A DNA stretch of 64,000 nucleotides from Octopus vulgaris (taxonomy: Eukaryota), in assembly GCA_951406725.2 (NCBI GenBank), contig OX597816.1, positions 117,800,001 to 117,864,000 on the forward strand, given 5' to 3'. The notes under the pieces were generated by a model. That model saw nothing but the letters and a program-made list of their open reading frames with translations, was not told where the DNA came from and ran no database searches. Shown one piece after another: positions 1 to 14,166 of this stretch; the stretch's first letter is position 1, and each line of letters begins with the position of its first letter. Position numbers and translations under genes: made by a program.

Positions 1-2211
1 TTACATTTTCGGTGTTTTTCTTTTCTCTTAGTTTGCAAGAAGTTTACCTGGCGTTTCTTCCTCGACTTCTTTATTTAGGAAGATACTCTTTCAATAATGT
101 GAAATCGAATACATTTGTAAACAGATATATTATATCTAGCGCTTCCGGCTATTCGTCAAATGTAGAAAGCTTAGTAATCGTTACTAATCTTATGTCAGAT
201 AACTAAAAAAGGAGGGGGAAATATTGCTTTTCAACTAAAAATATAAAAATAAATAAAATAAAATTCTACATCTGTCAGTAAGAAAGAATTGAATAACTTA
301 CAAGTGACTGAACTCTGTTAGTGAGGAGTTTCATGTTCTTCAAGTGATTGCTTTAATGGGTCTTAATGGGACATATCATCAATACTTTTAGAAATTTACT
401 AGTCTCTTCATCAGTGCAACCTGTAATCCACCTAAAGTTTCAACCACGCCAGCTTCTCTCCAACTCATTTTTCTTTCCCCACGTCTTGTCATATAACTAC
501 TTTCTTTAAAAATAAAGAAGAAAAAAACAAAACAAAAGCAAACAAAACACAGATCTTTGAAATACACTTTGCCACATATTTTTTAAAAGTTTTAGTTGAA
601 ATAACTTTACTCTTTCACTCTTAGAAAATCTAACACTGTTGACAACTGTATTTCGGTTAAAATAAAGAAGTTAAAATATTGTTGTTGACTATTTATTTCT
701 TTTTCTATTTGTTACCCAATTGATTGCAATACTATATTTAGTGACGTTGAGAACGCGGAAAAGCAGCAAGAGGCAAATTACCAGTAAACTCAGAACAATC
801 AAATCCATGAAATTCCTGTGTTCCAACCATGACTATTCAGAATTTTTGTTTTAGGCCTAACATATCTAGGACTACGTTACCCACAGCATTTATTTTTAAG
901 AGAGTGGTTTGTAGTTTGAAGGGGATTTGGCTGCTAATTCTAGCATATATATCCAGTGGTCACAAAGAGGCACTCTTGTAGCTCGTCTACAAGTTTTGGT
1001 CTGTAGTTGAAGCATTTCCATCTAAGCTAGGCAACGAAATATTTCTATTAAAGACACGAAAAGAGCACTATTTTATTTTCTCTTCTCTAAGATAAAGGTT
1101 TTGTACATTCTCAAAATAAAAGCGTTATTATATTTGACGACATTCATTTAAGATTTGATCATAAAGCTGAGGTCGCCAAAGCTGCAAGAAAAAGGCAGTC
1201 ATAAATCGCCCTCATATCACACCCAACTCTGATAACCATAAAGTTCACATTGTATAATATTGTTCTATGTAAACTAAGTATGAAAACAAAAGATGGAATG
1301 GTTATGAGTGGAGCGCCCTTGATATAATCTACCATTATCTGATCCAAGCCTAAAACCAACAGTGCGATCCCTTTTGATAAACCATTGGTTTCCTCAACTA
1401 AGGTCAGCTAATTTAAGGAGAGGCAAACGCTGCGGCATCGTTTATAAATTTCCAAAGTTCATTAGAAGCATAACTAATACAAATAATAGAATCTGGTTCG
1501 GTTTATACAAAGCCTACCTTTTATCAATTTACTCGATCAATTTTGTGAAGTACATCATAAATTTAGGAATGTTTCAGAGACGAGCCTTCTATGTGGGAGC
1601 TCAGCCTGATAGGACGCATAATGAAAATAATCTCTCAAATCAAACTCTATCGCGTAAATAAACAGGTTAGAGTTTGGTTTGAGGGATTATTTTTCATTAT
1701 GCTACCTATTTTTTCATTATGTTTCTTTCATTATTTTTTCATTAGTTTTTCATTTTATATTTCATTCATTTTTTTTTCTTCATTGTGCTTCCTTTACTTA
1801 CACGATAGAGTAGGTAATGCAGGTCTTGATGGACGCTACCAAGAAAGATAAAAACGAAAAGGTCACGGGCTGAATATCCTTGCTTCAGTGTATCTTCAAT
1901 CAGAGCACATGTGGAACTAAACAGCAGCAGCAACAGCGATATCAACAGCAACAACGATGATGATAACAGAGATAACAACACCATAAACAACAATGACAAA
2001 TATTTTACAACTGATCTCAAGATGCCCAAAATTTCGAGGCGATTGCATATAAAAATAGCAGTCATTCGTTGACACTCAGAATGTTAAAAAAAAGTCCTAA
2101 AAAATTGTCATACTTTTGTAAATATTGTAATTTCGAAGTTCTGTTATTTGAGCAAGTTATTTTTATGAAAAAAGAAAAAAAAAGTAATTTTAACACTAAA
2201 ATACGAGAAAA

Positions 2212-2662
2212 TTGTTAGTGAATTTCCTCGGTAAAACTCATTTCAATAATACAGTTCTATTTTTAAGAGATGAGGAATTATGTACATTATTTACATTTGA
2301 CGGATATTTGTCCCCATCTTGTTTGTTGTTAACACAACGTTTCAGCGTTTATCAGGTGTCTTGGGGAAATTTCGAACCTGGGTTCTCATTCCTAAAGTAT
2401 TTTTCGATGTTATTATTATTATTATTCAGGTCACTGCCTGGAATCTTGGGGTTAGTAGCTCGCGCTCTTAACCACTACGCCATATGTCCGTGGACAATTA
2501 TGGAGTGAATTTTTAGGGCAGATATGAATAGCATATGGGAACCGGTATTAAGGAAGGATAAGAAAATATTAGATTTATAAGCCCTAAAAATTCACTCCCA
2601 CGGGCGTGAGCGCGGGCTACTAACCCCAAGATTCCGAGTTCGATTCCAGGCAGTGATCTGAC

Positions 2663-2710
<48 letters not shown>
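2212..2710. mobile_element. tRNA-headed repeat present as a head-to-head inverted pair, with a degenerate hammerhead remnant
   Basis: 2409-2519 is the reverse complement of 2581-2675 (GCCCTAAAAATTCACTCC...GCGCGGGCTACTAACCCCAAGATTCC...CCAGGCAGTGA, then (AAT)n). A-box-like TGGCGTAGTGG on the - copy; B-box-like GAGTTCGATTCC on the + copy. On the - strand, 2331-2360 reads GACAC-CTGATAA-ACGCT-GAAA-CGTT-GTGTT. Confidence 0.65.
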
Positions 2711-2713
<3 letters not shown>

Positions 2714-3059
2714 TTAAAATATTTTGAAGAACGTGCATTTCTTTAAGTTATTGAGGTAACTGTTATCATGATTGTATCGATCACTTCCATCTGCAATTTC
2801 CGAAGTCCTTTTGAAAGACAGAATGACATAAGAATGCCTAAGATATATGAGCAGTTAAAAATGTTTGCGGATGAAGTTATTCTACTTCTCATAATGATGG
2901 GGGGGGGGGGAATTCTCAAACAATGTAAAAAAAAATTCGTTTAGTTAAATTGCAAAAAATTAAAATACAAAACTCCATGCGCTAATGTTTGAAGAAAATA
3001 CTATTCATGCAGAACCCTGCGAAATGTGGCTACTCACAACAAGCTACAAAAGTAAGGAT

Positions 3060-3192
3060 GAGATGAAGAAGGCGAAGAAGAAGAGGAAGGAAGAAGCAGA
3101 GGAAGAAGAAGAAGGCGAAGAAGAAGAAGAAGAAAAAGAAGAAGAAGAAGAAGAAAAAGAAGAAGAAGAAGAAGAAGAAGAAGAAGAAGAAG

Positions 3193-3230
<38 letters not shown>

Positions 3231-3290
3231 CGACGACGACGACGGCAACAACGACAACAACAAAAGCGACGACGACGTTGATGATGATGA
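3060..3290. repeat. compound trinucleotide microsatellite (GAA/CAA/CGA/TGA)
   Basis: Read directly; explains the poly-E/Q/R ORF 2985-3281. Confidence 0.95.
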
Positions 3291-3318
3291 TTTCTAATTT
3301 TGGCACAAGTCCAGCAAG

Positions 3319-3658
3319 ACGTTTACGGATTCCATGGACAGCGAGGCTCACCAATGGATAAGTTCTTAAGCAGATCAGGCCGAAAATGTCGCTAGAAGCT
3401 AGGATCACCAAGCCTAGATTGGCATATTTCGGTCATATTATTCGGAGAAAATCCCTGGAGAAGGACATCATACTCGGAATGGTCAGTGGCAAGAGAGGAA
3501 GAGGCCGACCAAGAACCCGCTGGCTTGACACCATCAAGAATGACACGGGAATGGCCATAGCCAATCTGAAAGAAGCGGCCCAGGATAGAACTGACTGGAG
3601 AACACTGATCCAACGAGTGACCGAGAGTCGACTTCGACTGAGCGGATAGATAGATAGA
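3319..3658 (+). mobile_element. 5'-truncated RTE-clade LINE 3' end
   Basis: Translation RLRIPWTAR...RLAYFGHIIRR...LEKDIILGMVSGKRGRGRPRTRWLD...AAQDRTDWR is the typical RTE C-terminus. (GATA)n tail; 8-bp TSD CCAGCAAG at 3311-3318 and 3659-3666. Confidence 0.9.
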
Positions 3659-3709
3659 CCAGCAAGTTCAGGGGAGAGGGTATGTCGATTATATCAACGC
3701 TAGACCTAA

Positions 3710-3895
3710 ATTGTCATAAGAGCAACAATTTGTGAGGAGGAGATGAATCGATTACATCGACGCCAGTGTTCAACTGGTACTTATTTTATCGACCCCAAAA
3801 GGATAAAAGGTAAAGTCGACCTCGACGGAATTTAAACTCAGAACGTAGCGACAGATGAAATATCGGTGCTAACGATTCTGCCAGCTCGACGCCCT
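3710..3895 (-). mobile_element. tRNA-derived SINE, family B (GTCGACTTTGCCTTTCATCCTTTCGGGGTCGATAAAATAAGTACC-type core)
   Basis: Same sequence recurs at 5880-6085(-), ~6950-7100(-), 16668-16850(+), 45752-45970(+) and ~61000-61150(-); B-box-like GAGTTCAAATTC in the better-preserved copies. Confidence 0.8.
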
Positions 3896-3944
3896 AATAA
3901 TGATAATAGTGGTTCGCATGGCTTCTTATCTTAAGTGTCTGAAT

Positions 3945-4525
3945 GTGTTATCATGTACATATTTTGCCTTCGTGTAGCAAATTTTTTGCCCAATATCACA
4001 AATTTGCTTGACGGTATTTCCTGTGGCAATACAAGGCAGTTGGCTCATGGTTTCTGACCTTAACTGATTGGAAGTGCGAACGTGTACATGTTTTGTCTTG
4101 GTATAAAAGATGAGCTACAGCAAATATCCTGCACAATACCACAGATTTACTTGTCAGTTGTTTGACCTTAACCAGTTTGAGTATGCCGTGGCTGAACAAA
4201 TGTGCATTTCTGATAACGAGCAGAAGTAGCGGTGGAGCATCATAGCCATGTGTTGAGAGGAATTCCTTGGAGTTTGAATAGTTCACCTCTGGAAACATGA
4301 GTGTTTCGTCCAACATCCTTAAACAACCCTTATTCAGAGACCTTTTGAGCGAGATGGGCTTCTCGACCTGAAGAAAATCCTAACTAGGCCCCGTCGTGAT
4401 GCATGTTCCTGGTGTACCCTTATCAGACGGGTAGTCATGATGGGTATCCTAGGTTTCGTATATTTTACCCCAGTATCACTTTGATGACATGCACTGCTCT
4501 CTCAGTCAATAATAATAATAATAAT
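3945..4525 (+). mobile_element. unclassified interspersed repeat ending in an (AAT)n tail
   Basis: Its 3' end TATTTTACCCCAGT.TCACTTTGATG.CATGCACTGCTCTCTC followed by an AAT/AAC tail is repeated at 47829-47885. Confidence 0.55.
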
Positions 4526-4649
4526 GATTTCTTCATTGACCACAAAGGGATTCCATTAAAAAAAACCTTGTGGACAGTACAGGACAGAACAAAGAATATG
4601 TGTGTGTATGACTCCGAGCGTGTTTTGTTATGCGCAAAATTATATGGAA

Positions 4650-5119
4650 GAGAGGTTATCGCAGTTAGAGACATCCTAAACAGCAGACTCAATGCTGGAA
4701 AACAGGATTGATGCTATCATCTTACCTATACCTGTTTTAACCTACAACTTTAACAACATAAAATGGTTCATCAGTGAGATCATCAAAATTGATGCAAAAG
4801 TATACATGCCTTTCACAATGCATTGCATAATCACCAAAATGCAGATGTAGGTACAATATTCATTCCGCGAAAACGATGGAGGACGTGGATTGATGCAGCT
4901 GCAACTGTTTCTAAGGACAGCAACGATAGGATTAAACACCTATCTAAAGAACAAGGTGCAGGAGTGGCTGTGTGGTAAGTAGCTTGCTTACCAACCACAT
5001 AGTTCCGGGTTCAGTCTAACTGCGTGGCACCTTGGGCAAATGTCTTCTACTATAGCCTCGAGCCGACCAAAGCCTTGTGAGTGGATTTGGTAGACGGAAA
5101 CTGAAAGAAGCCCGTCGTA

Positions 5120-5186
<67 letters not shown>

Positions 5187-5860
5187 ATGTGCCTGTGATT
5201 GTGTGTCTGTATTTGTCCCCCCAACATCGCTTGACAGCTGATGCTCGTGTGTTTATGTACCCGTAACTTTGTGGTTCGGCAAAAGAGACCAATAGAATAA
5301 GTAGTAGGCTTACAAAGAATATGTCATGGGCTCGATTTGCTCGACTAAAGGCAGTGCTTCAGCATGGCCGCAGTCAAATGACTGAAACAAGTAAAAGAGT
5401 AAGCACCAATGACTGGATACTTAAAATAAGAAAGTACCAAAAAAAAATACGACTCAATATCAGAAGAAGCAAAGAAATATATAAAGAAATTAAAGATCAA
5501 CGGGATTGAGTCGCAACAAGATGAAATAGAAGATCCCACAGTGATAGCAAAAGCTATAAAATTATAAACCAAACGAAATCTCAGCGCTGCGCAATACATG
5601 GAAAAGTAAGGCACTGCAAGGCGAACATCTCACAAAGGCCAGTGAGCCTGATGTTAATACAAATATGACTCATCAGTCGTTGGCTGCATTTAGAGTTAAG
5701 TAAGAAACTAGGAGCTTCATTATCGCAGCTCAGGAATCAGTATCTGCCCGTCAAAATCCATCAAGTAAGCATTCTTAAAAATAGTGCTGATAGTGGCTGC
5801 TGTTTTTGTGGTGCCTTGGTGTTGCAAGCGGACCAGTTGGTGTCTTTCTCAAGTGTGCCC
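4650..5860 (+). pseudogene. decayed R4/Dong-type non-LTR retrotransposon fragment, split by a SINE
   Basis: Frameshifted motifs ILNSRLNAG..PIPVLTYNF..GGRGLMQL before the SINE and THQ..ET.SFIIAAQ after it. The latter matches THQWL..ETEGFIIAAQ in the 40.7-kb copy. Confidence 0.7.
4954..5400 (+). mobile_element. tRNA-derived SINE, family A (internal (TA)/(TG) tract)
   Basis: A box TGGCTGTGTGG and B box GGTTCAGTC; ends CAGTCAAATGACTGAAACAAGTAAAAGA; six copies in the window. Confidence 0.85.
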
Positions 5861-5879
5861 CACACATAGTAATCCATGG

Positions 5880-6082
5880 GCTTACACTCAGCCGGCAATT
5901 TTGGGGGAGGGGTAAGACGATTATATAATGACCCCAGTGCTCAAAAAGTACTTATTTTATCGACCCCTAAAGGATGAAAGGTAAAGTCAAAATCAGCGGA
6001 ATCTGAACTGAGAACGTAAAGACGGACGAAATGCCGTTAAATATTTTCTCCAGCGTGCTAACGACTCTGTCGTCTTGCCACC

Positions 6083-6085
<3 letters not shown>
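5880..6085 (-). mobile_element. SINE family B copy
   Basis: Homologous to 3710-3895 and 16668-16850. Confidence 0.8.
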
Positions 6086-6153
<68 letters not shown>

Positions 6154-6499
6154 TCCTTGGGGTAATTTTCGTCAGCTATAATGCACCAATTGTGATTAAA
6201 AATTGTACCTGAGTAGTAGCAAACTTATGTGTGACTTGTGTTTATTTTAAGAAAACATATGACAAGGTTTCACATTTTTTGTTATCGAATTCTGATATCG
6301 CCAATAATTTGGTTCAACTGATGTCAGTAAGTGTACGAAGGAAAAACAGCAACAATAGTTAAATATTTCGGATTTATAGTGAATGAAAGAAAAATGATAC
6401 GAGAAAGCTTCTTTTACCCTAATTTATATTATTCAGTTTATTATTGCCTTTACTCCGTTACATAATAATGGATTCGGGTGTAAACTTAGAAAGGATGCC

Positions 6500-6820
6500 C
6501 CTTAACACAACTATCTCTGGTTCAAATAAATACTAATATAAACAAGCAACAAAGTATTGTATTCAGAACTATTGTGTTCGATTTGGAACTTCTGATAAGA
6601 AGAAAGTACTTTATCTGAAAAAGAAATGAAGGAACTAACCAAATATAGAAACCTGTAAAGGGAAATAACAGGTGCATGAGATATGGAAAAAGAAATACTT
6701 TGCAGACAATTATATAAAGAAAACATCGGGACTGACTCACATATACAACATACAGAGAACTCATACATATAGAAAATAAGATTTCCAGGCACTGCGAATA
6801 CATTAGTTACTTTCTGAAGA
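6500..6820 (+). pseudogene. highly decayed restriction-like endonuclease (RLE) region of an R4/Dong-type LINE
   Basis: ELTKYRNL*REITGA*DM resembles KLSKYKDLEIEISKMWKL in the 41.2-kb copy. Confidence 0.45.
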
Positions 6821-7249
6821 CATCTGACCTGATGGAAAGAAATATTTTCTTTTGACAGTAGCTAACAAATAAACTATACATTGAAACACGAATAACTAAA
6901 ATTACTAATCATAAAAATAATGGCTTCTTATACAGATATAAAATCTTATATTTGGCAGGTTGATTTATTTTAGTCAAAATCGACCGCAGTGAGCTACGAG
7001 TATTTACTTTAACGACTTCAAAACGACGAAAAGCAAAACTGACTTTGGTGGAATTTGAACTAAGAATTTTATGGTGTAACTAGACACAGTAAGGAGTTTT
7101 AGACGCGCTCTGCTTATTATCCTGCCCGATAACCTAACAGAATTGAGGTTGAAGTTACTGTTCCATTTTCTAAATCATATTTGTGCAATCCACATTAAAT
7201 AAAAACTAATTTTGATATATTACAGTCTCCATCTATGGGAACTATCAGG

Positions 7250-8011
<762 letters not shown>

Positions 8012-10477
8012 ATTAAAAATAAACAGGACAACAGAATGAATTGAATTATCACAAAGACAGCTCATTTTCTCAGAAGAGAAAGAAAATTGTAGTAAATCCA
8101 TAACGATATACAGAGGTGATGCTGATTAGATGATATAGGAGGTGGAAAGGGGATAAAGAAAAAGAAGAAGCAGCGCGAAACCATGCAGGGGAAGGAAGAG
8201 GGCGATAATAGAAAGAAAAAATCAGAGGTGAAGGAAAACATAATAATATGGATAGAAAATAACAAATGTGTTTACATATTGAATAATGTGTTATTAAATT
8301 CAACACAATACTACTTCTCAGGAAATGATGTTGAGCAAGTTAATTAAACACACCTTTATTGTAGCTGGATAATTCCACGGGTTTTATGATGTGGGGGAGG
8401 AAAATCTGCAGGTGGTGGGAAGTGGACCATTACGGGAGAACAGAAATTTTTTTTACAATAATATACATAAAAATGTTGGTATTCTTTATCTCTGATTAGA
8501 AAAGACAGAACTTGGAAACGGAAATTGCTACGAGGGAAATAATTTTAAGAGTTGTATAAAAACATGCTGAACGCTGAAATATAGAAGTAGTCTGTTTGTA
8601 TCATATTATCCTCTCCATCACCCGCATCAACAGAGATTTTAAACTAACCTGTATGATCAATAGGCTATCTATACTGTTTGTCTCTTCTTCTCTGTTCCTC
8701 TCTTTGTCCTTCTCTCCTTAGAATTAATGTTTTACTGTAGTCGCTAGTTTCAAAGATAAAAAACTTGCCAAGAGAATGTAATAAATAAAAATTTATTTTA
8801 GATTAACTGGAAAAATTATTTTAAATTTCAATCGAGGAATTTGTTTGCTAAAGTTAGCTCTGGGTCTAGATTGATTAGCAACTAATTCGCTAAAAGATCA
8901 GCCCGTTTCCTCACAATTAATTTGCAAATAAAATTATGTTTGTCACTAATTCGGAAAATTTAAAGCCATCAAGCTATTTCATAATCTTAAAACTATTCCA
9001 TCATATTAAATTGTTTTCAAGCTAAAAATATAACTGCTTCTATAGTCATTCACATATAATCCAACAAAACACATTTTTAGCAAAGAAAAGTATCGGTAAA
9101 ATTAAGTTTATTCAAACCTACTTTTTAATTATCTGAGGAAATTGTATCATTTTTAAACGGTTTTTATTAACATCACGTTCTACACATGCTAGAAATAAAA
9201 CTCAGATAATACAACAAAAATCATTTCTATTACAGTCAATATAAGTTGTTATAAATTATATAATACGTCGAAAATAACCGTCGAATAATTGTTACAGATC
9301 GCATTTCTTTATTTTCCTCGTCACGCTTTTGCAATTGGAATTTGTATCCCTAAAACCTTGAGATATGATAAACTAAGTTACAACTAATTTAGCAAAAATG
9401 GTTGCCATAATCTCTGTGCCAGAGTGAGGCAATGTCAGTTTCATAGATTTTTATTAGTTTTCTGACACAATTCTTGTTGTGTAGAGTCCTGTTAGAAATA
9501 GGTAGAATGAATTTAAATTTCTCTTGTAACCGTTTTTAGATTTTGGATCATCATAAAAACGTATTTGTGTCGTTCTTGTTTAAACTAGCGCCAGGCCTGA
9601 TTTAGTATATCTATAAATAAAGGTGTTGCAATCGTGACCATCGCGGCTTTTTCCTATATAAGTGGATTGCTAATCCGATCATCCGACCATCAGGAAAGAG
9701 ATAGGCTCATATGCCCTTCCTTTTTTTTAAGATAGTAGAGTCGGATTTAAAGGAAATATTATATTCATTTCTAGCGAGTCGAGTGACTGCATTGAAATTC
9801 CATCATGTCATCGTCAAACAGATTCTATCTTCGCGTAATATGTCGAGGGAAGCCTGTTTGGGGAAGCCCTTCTCTCTCCGGGTTATTTGACTATGGCCAG
9901 AAATCTCCGGAATCGTGAAGTGAAATGGCTCAACAGAGAATCGAGCCATTATTTTTTCTTCTTGCAGAGATTTGGATTACAATTCCATATTACTCATTTG
10001 GGTGATTGAAACACCTGTTTAGACATTTATATAAAGAGTGGCAAGTTGTATGAAAGATTAAAGACCGCCTCAATTACTAAAATATCATTAATATAAGTGG
10101 ATTGCTTTCATAATAGTTCAGTGGACTTGATCTGGATATTAATGAACGATTCGAACTAAACACCACTCGATCTTTTATCTTTAGGAAACCATTGAAAATA
10201 ACTGTCAGTGGAACTGGTTGGTATAAATAGGGAAAATCGAAAACAAATCGGGAATATTTAGTTTCATATCCCCACCTCAATAGTTTGTTCGGTAACAACA
10301 ACAACAAAGGTAATTACAGCACATGCTTAGTAATGAGGCAAACCACCTACTTTAGTTGATTATTCTAAGCATTATTATATAATTACTGTTGGTGAAAGTA
10401 CACTTTAGTCTGCGCATCCTTATTTTGCACCGTCATTATTAGGAACCTTCTCTCTTCCTTTCTGTTTCTCTCTTTCT

Positions 10478-10545
<68 letters not shown>

Positions 10546-11099
10546 GCATACATCCGTCAATATAACCGTCTGTCTGTCTTTCTCTCTCTTTCTCCATCTC
10601 TCTCGCTCTTTCTTTCTTTATCTGTCTGTCGGTCGGTCGGTCTCTATCTCTCTCCCTTTCTCTCTTTATCTATCTATGATCAGATAACATGTATCACGAT
10701 TTTTCTACTTTTTGGTGCGTATTTAGCCATGCTATCAACCTTCCAACCATTGCTCTCATTTGTTAATACTTTTCATAACACAATTTTGATTCACTGTCCG
10801 AGTATTAATCATTCAACCACGGTAGTGGTTGAATATATTCTTAAGTACACCATTTCGTCAATCACAGCAGCTTCGAAGCTTCACCACTAATTCAGTTTTC
10901 AACTTTTAACAATATTGTTCATATTGTTAATGTGGTTATTAGTTTCGTTTGGAGTATGGTTAGTGTTGTGATAATTGTCTATGGCATTTATGTTAGTCCG
11001 GTTATTTGTATAATGTTCTAAGTCAAGTTATTTAGAAAGAAATATAATAATCATAACAGCAACTTTACACTCCACACGAATACTGAGGATAGCTTCTAC

Positions 11100-11345
11100 A
11101 CCAAAAATAATAATATTAAAAATAAACGAAATAGCGATAAGATCTGGTTAATAATCCCCTTCGTGATGCAACTTAAATCTAACATAGTTCACTCCATAAT
11201 GAGACTGATAGATAAGCACTTGAACTTAAATAACAAATACTCAGGAATCTTTGAGAATAAAATTAGAGTAGGCCATAGCCTAACTAGTAACCTAGATACC
11301 ATCATAGCCTCGATCAACAATAATAAGCTAGACGCCTTCTACGAA
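11100..11345 (+). pseudogene. Naiad-type PLE linker fragment
   Basis: KIWLIIPFVMQLKSNIVHSIMRLIDKHLNLNNKYSGIF aligns with IIWLILPFALQIKNNLVKPILSIINKHFNNNNKYNEII at 41650. Confidence 0.7.
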
Positions 11346-11840
11346 ACTAGATCGCTACTAATATTCTTTGCTCGGTGTTTTAGGCACTGAGCAATTCCTC
11401 TCTTTTCACTGTATGGATGTTGGGAATTGAAGTTAAGGTATCGTCCAGTGAAGGTCGGCTTGCGGTATACGAATGTCCTGAATTCATACTTAGTGCGTGG
11501 TATTAATACATCCAGAAATGTTAGCTGATTGTCTTTTTCCTTTTCCATTGTGAACTGCATGATCTAACAGCACTTGGACATCTTCCTAGTGTTGCCAGAG
11601 TATAAAGGTGTCATCAACATATCGCAGTCAAATTCTCAAAGTATTCCATGTATATATTGACTATTATCGGTGATAATGGCGAACCCATAGCTAAACCCTC
11701 TTTTTGTCGATATATGTCAGTGTCCATACTGAAAGAGGGTTTAGCTACGGATTCGTCATTATCATCATACTTACTGGAGGTAATTACCTGGAGTGCATCT
11801 GGATACTTGTATCTCTTAGAGGACTTAGCACCTCTAACTT
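11340..11840 (-). pseudogene. Penelope/Poseidon-type PLE reverse transcriptase fragment
   Basis: YRQKEGLAMGSPLSPIIVNIYMEYFE, YVDDTFILW and FTMEKEKDNQLTFLDVLI...VYRKPTFTGRYLNFNSQHP, with frameshifts and a deletion. Confidence 0.85.
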
Positions 11841-11880
11841 ATACCTTATATATATATATATATATATATACATACATATA

Positions 11881-12268
11881 TCTTTTATCTTTTACTTGTT
11901 TCAGTTATTAGACTGCAGATATGCTAGAGCATCGCCTTAAATCAACCCCAATGTTTTTTTAAAGCATGGTACTTAATCTATCGAAATCTTTTGCCGAATC
12001 GCTAAGTTATAGGTACGTAAACACACCAACACTAGTGTCAAGTGGTGGTGAGGCACACACACATATACAAACACACACACACACACATACACATGCACAT
12101 ACACACATATGACGGCTTATTTCAGTTTCCGTCTACTAAATCAACTCAGAAGGCTTTGATCGGCCTGAGGTTACAGCAGAAAACACTACCATACGTACCA
12201 CACAGTCGGACAGACACTGGAACTATGTGGTTGAAAAGTAAACTTCTTACCACACAGCCACACTCTCG

Positions 12269-12270
<2 letters not shown>
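11881..12270 (-). mobile_element. SINE family A copy
   Basis: Reverse complement of 4954-5400. Confidence 0.8.
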
Positions 12271-12329
<59 letters not shown>

Positions 12330-12804
12330 TTGATTGATTGATAGAGATATAGCGTGTAGCGCGTAGCAACATGCTACAATACATTTCACTAAAAAATGCA
12401 CCAATACAAAGATAATATCTAAGGAATTCTTGCTAATAAAGAGATGTAAGCAAAAATAGATACACAAATACAACATAAACAAAATTAAATACGAAAACAA
12501 CCGGAGTTAACTACAGAGTAATTTTTAAATCAGACGTTAAATAAAATGAAACAAAAAGAGATCTCAGCACTCCTATGATCCCTTGTGACAAAATGAAAAG
12601 TACGCAGGAACACGCCATTCTACAATTATTTCATGTCGGAAATAAAGCCAAGATGGCTTTGAAACGTTAATGGACAAATGGATGTAGGAATGTTTTTGTT
12701 CCAAGCTGAATATAAGGGACTAGATAAGAAAATAGAAAGTACATTATTATTAAAGATCAAATTCGAACATAGTCATGCTTTTAATATAACGTATGGAAAA
12801 AGTT

Positions 12805-13345
<541 letters not shown>

Positions 13346-13827
13346 TCCATACATCCGCCAATCTAACCGTCTGTCTATCTCTCTTTCTCTCTCCCTCCAT
13401 CACTCTCGTTCTTTCTTTCTTTATCTGTTCGTCCATCCGTCTGTCTGTCTGTCTGTCGGTCGGCCTCTAACTCTCTCCCTTTCTCTCTTTATCTATCTGT
13501 GATAAGGTAACATGTATCACGATTTTTCTGCTTTTTGGTGCGTATTTAGCCATGCTATCAACCTTCCGTCATAGCCATGCTTTCAACCTTCCAACCATTG
13601 ATTCACCGGAAGTTCGAGGATATGTCAGCTGAAAGGATAGAGAACTGTATCAGTTCTAGGCTAGGTATCATTTTCAGCTTAGTAGACAGGAGCCAAACTG
13701 TAGAGCCTTGTTCAACACACTGCACCATCCGATTCAGGAATCGAACCCGCGACCTAATGATCAAAAGATGAATAAGCTAACCTATAGGGCATACGCAGCG
13801 TCATGGAACCACGTGATATGGAACCAC

Positions 13828-14166
13828 GTGTGGCACCTTGGAAAAGTGTCATCTACTATAGGCTCCGGCCGATGAATGCCTTGTGAGTGAATATACTAGA
13901 CGGAAACTGTGTAACCCATCGTGCATGTATATGTGTGTGTGTGTGTGTGTGTGCGTGGATTTTTGTCTGTCACTACTTGACAGACACTGCTTATCGTGTA
14001 AGGCTTGACAACCGGTATTGGTTTGTTTATGTCACAGTAACTTTGTGTATCGATAAAAGTGTACAATAGGATAAATTCCTGATTTAAAAATAAATACTGG
14101 GGTCGATTTGTCGGACTAATCCTACAAGACAATTCTCCAGCATGGCCACAGCCAAATGACTGAAAC
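13828..14166 (+). mobile_element. SINE family A copy (5'-truncated, diverged)
   Basis: GTGGCACCTTGG...CAGCATGGCCACAGCCAAATGACTGAAACA matches 4954-5400. Confidence 0.75.

Noticed and set aside
1159-1410. Possible host exon on the - strand (LTLVEETNGLSKGIALLVLG...)
   Set aside because: No recognisable domain, no partner exons and no convincing splice pair.
2600-2662. tRNA gene with an ACT anticodon
   Set aside because: Both copies carry deletions (D-arm in one, T-arm in the other) and are embedded in a repeat; this is a SINE-type head, not a tRNA.
9955-10315. AG acceptor-like and GT donor-like sites suggesting an exon
   Set aside because: Stops occur in all three frames after the candidate acceptors.
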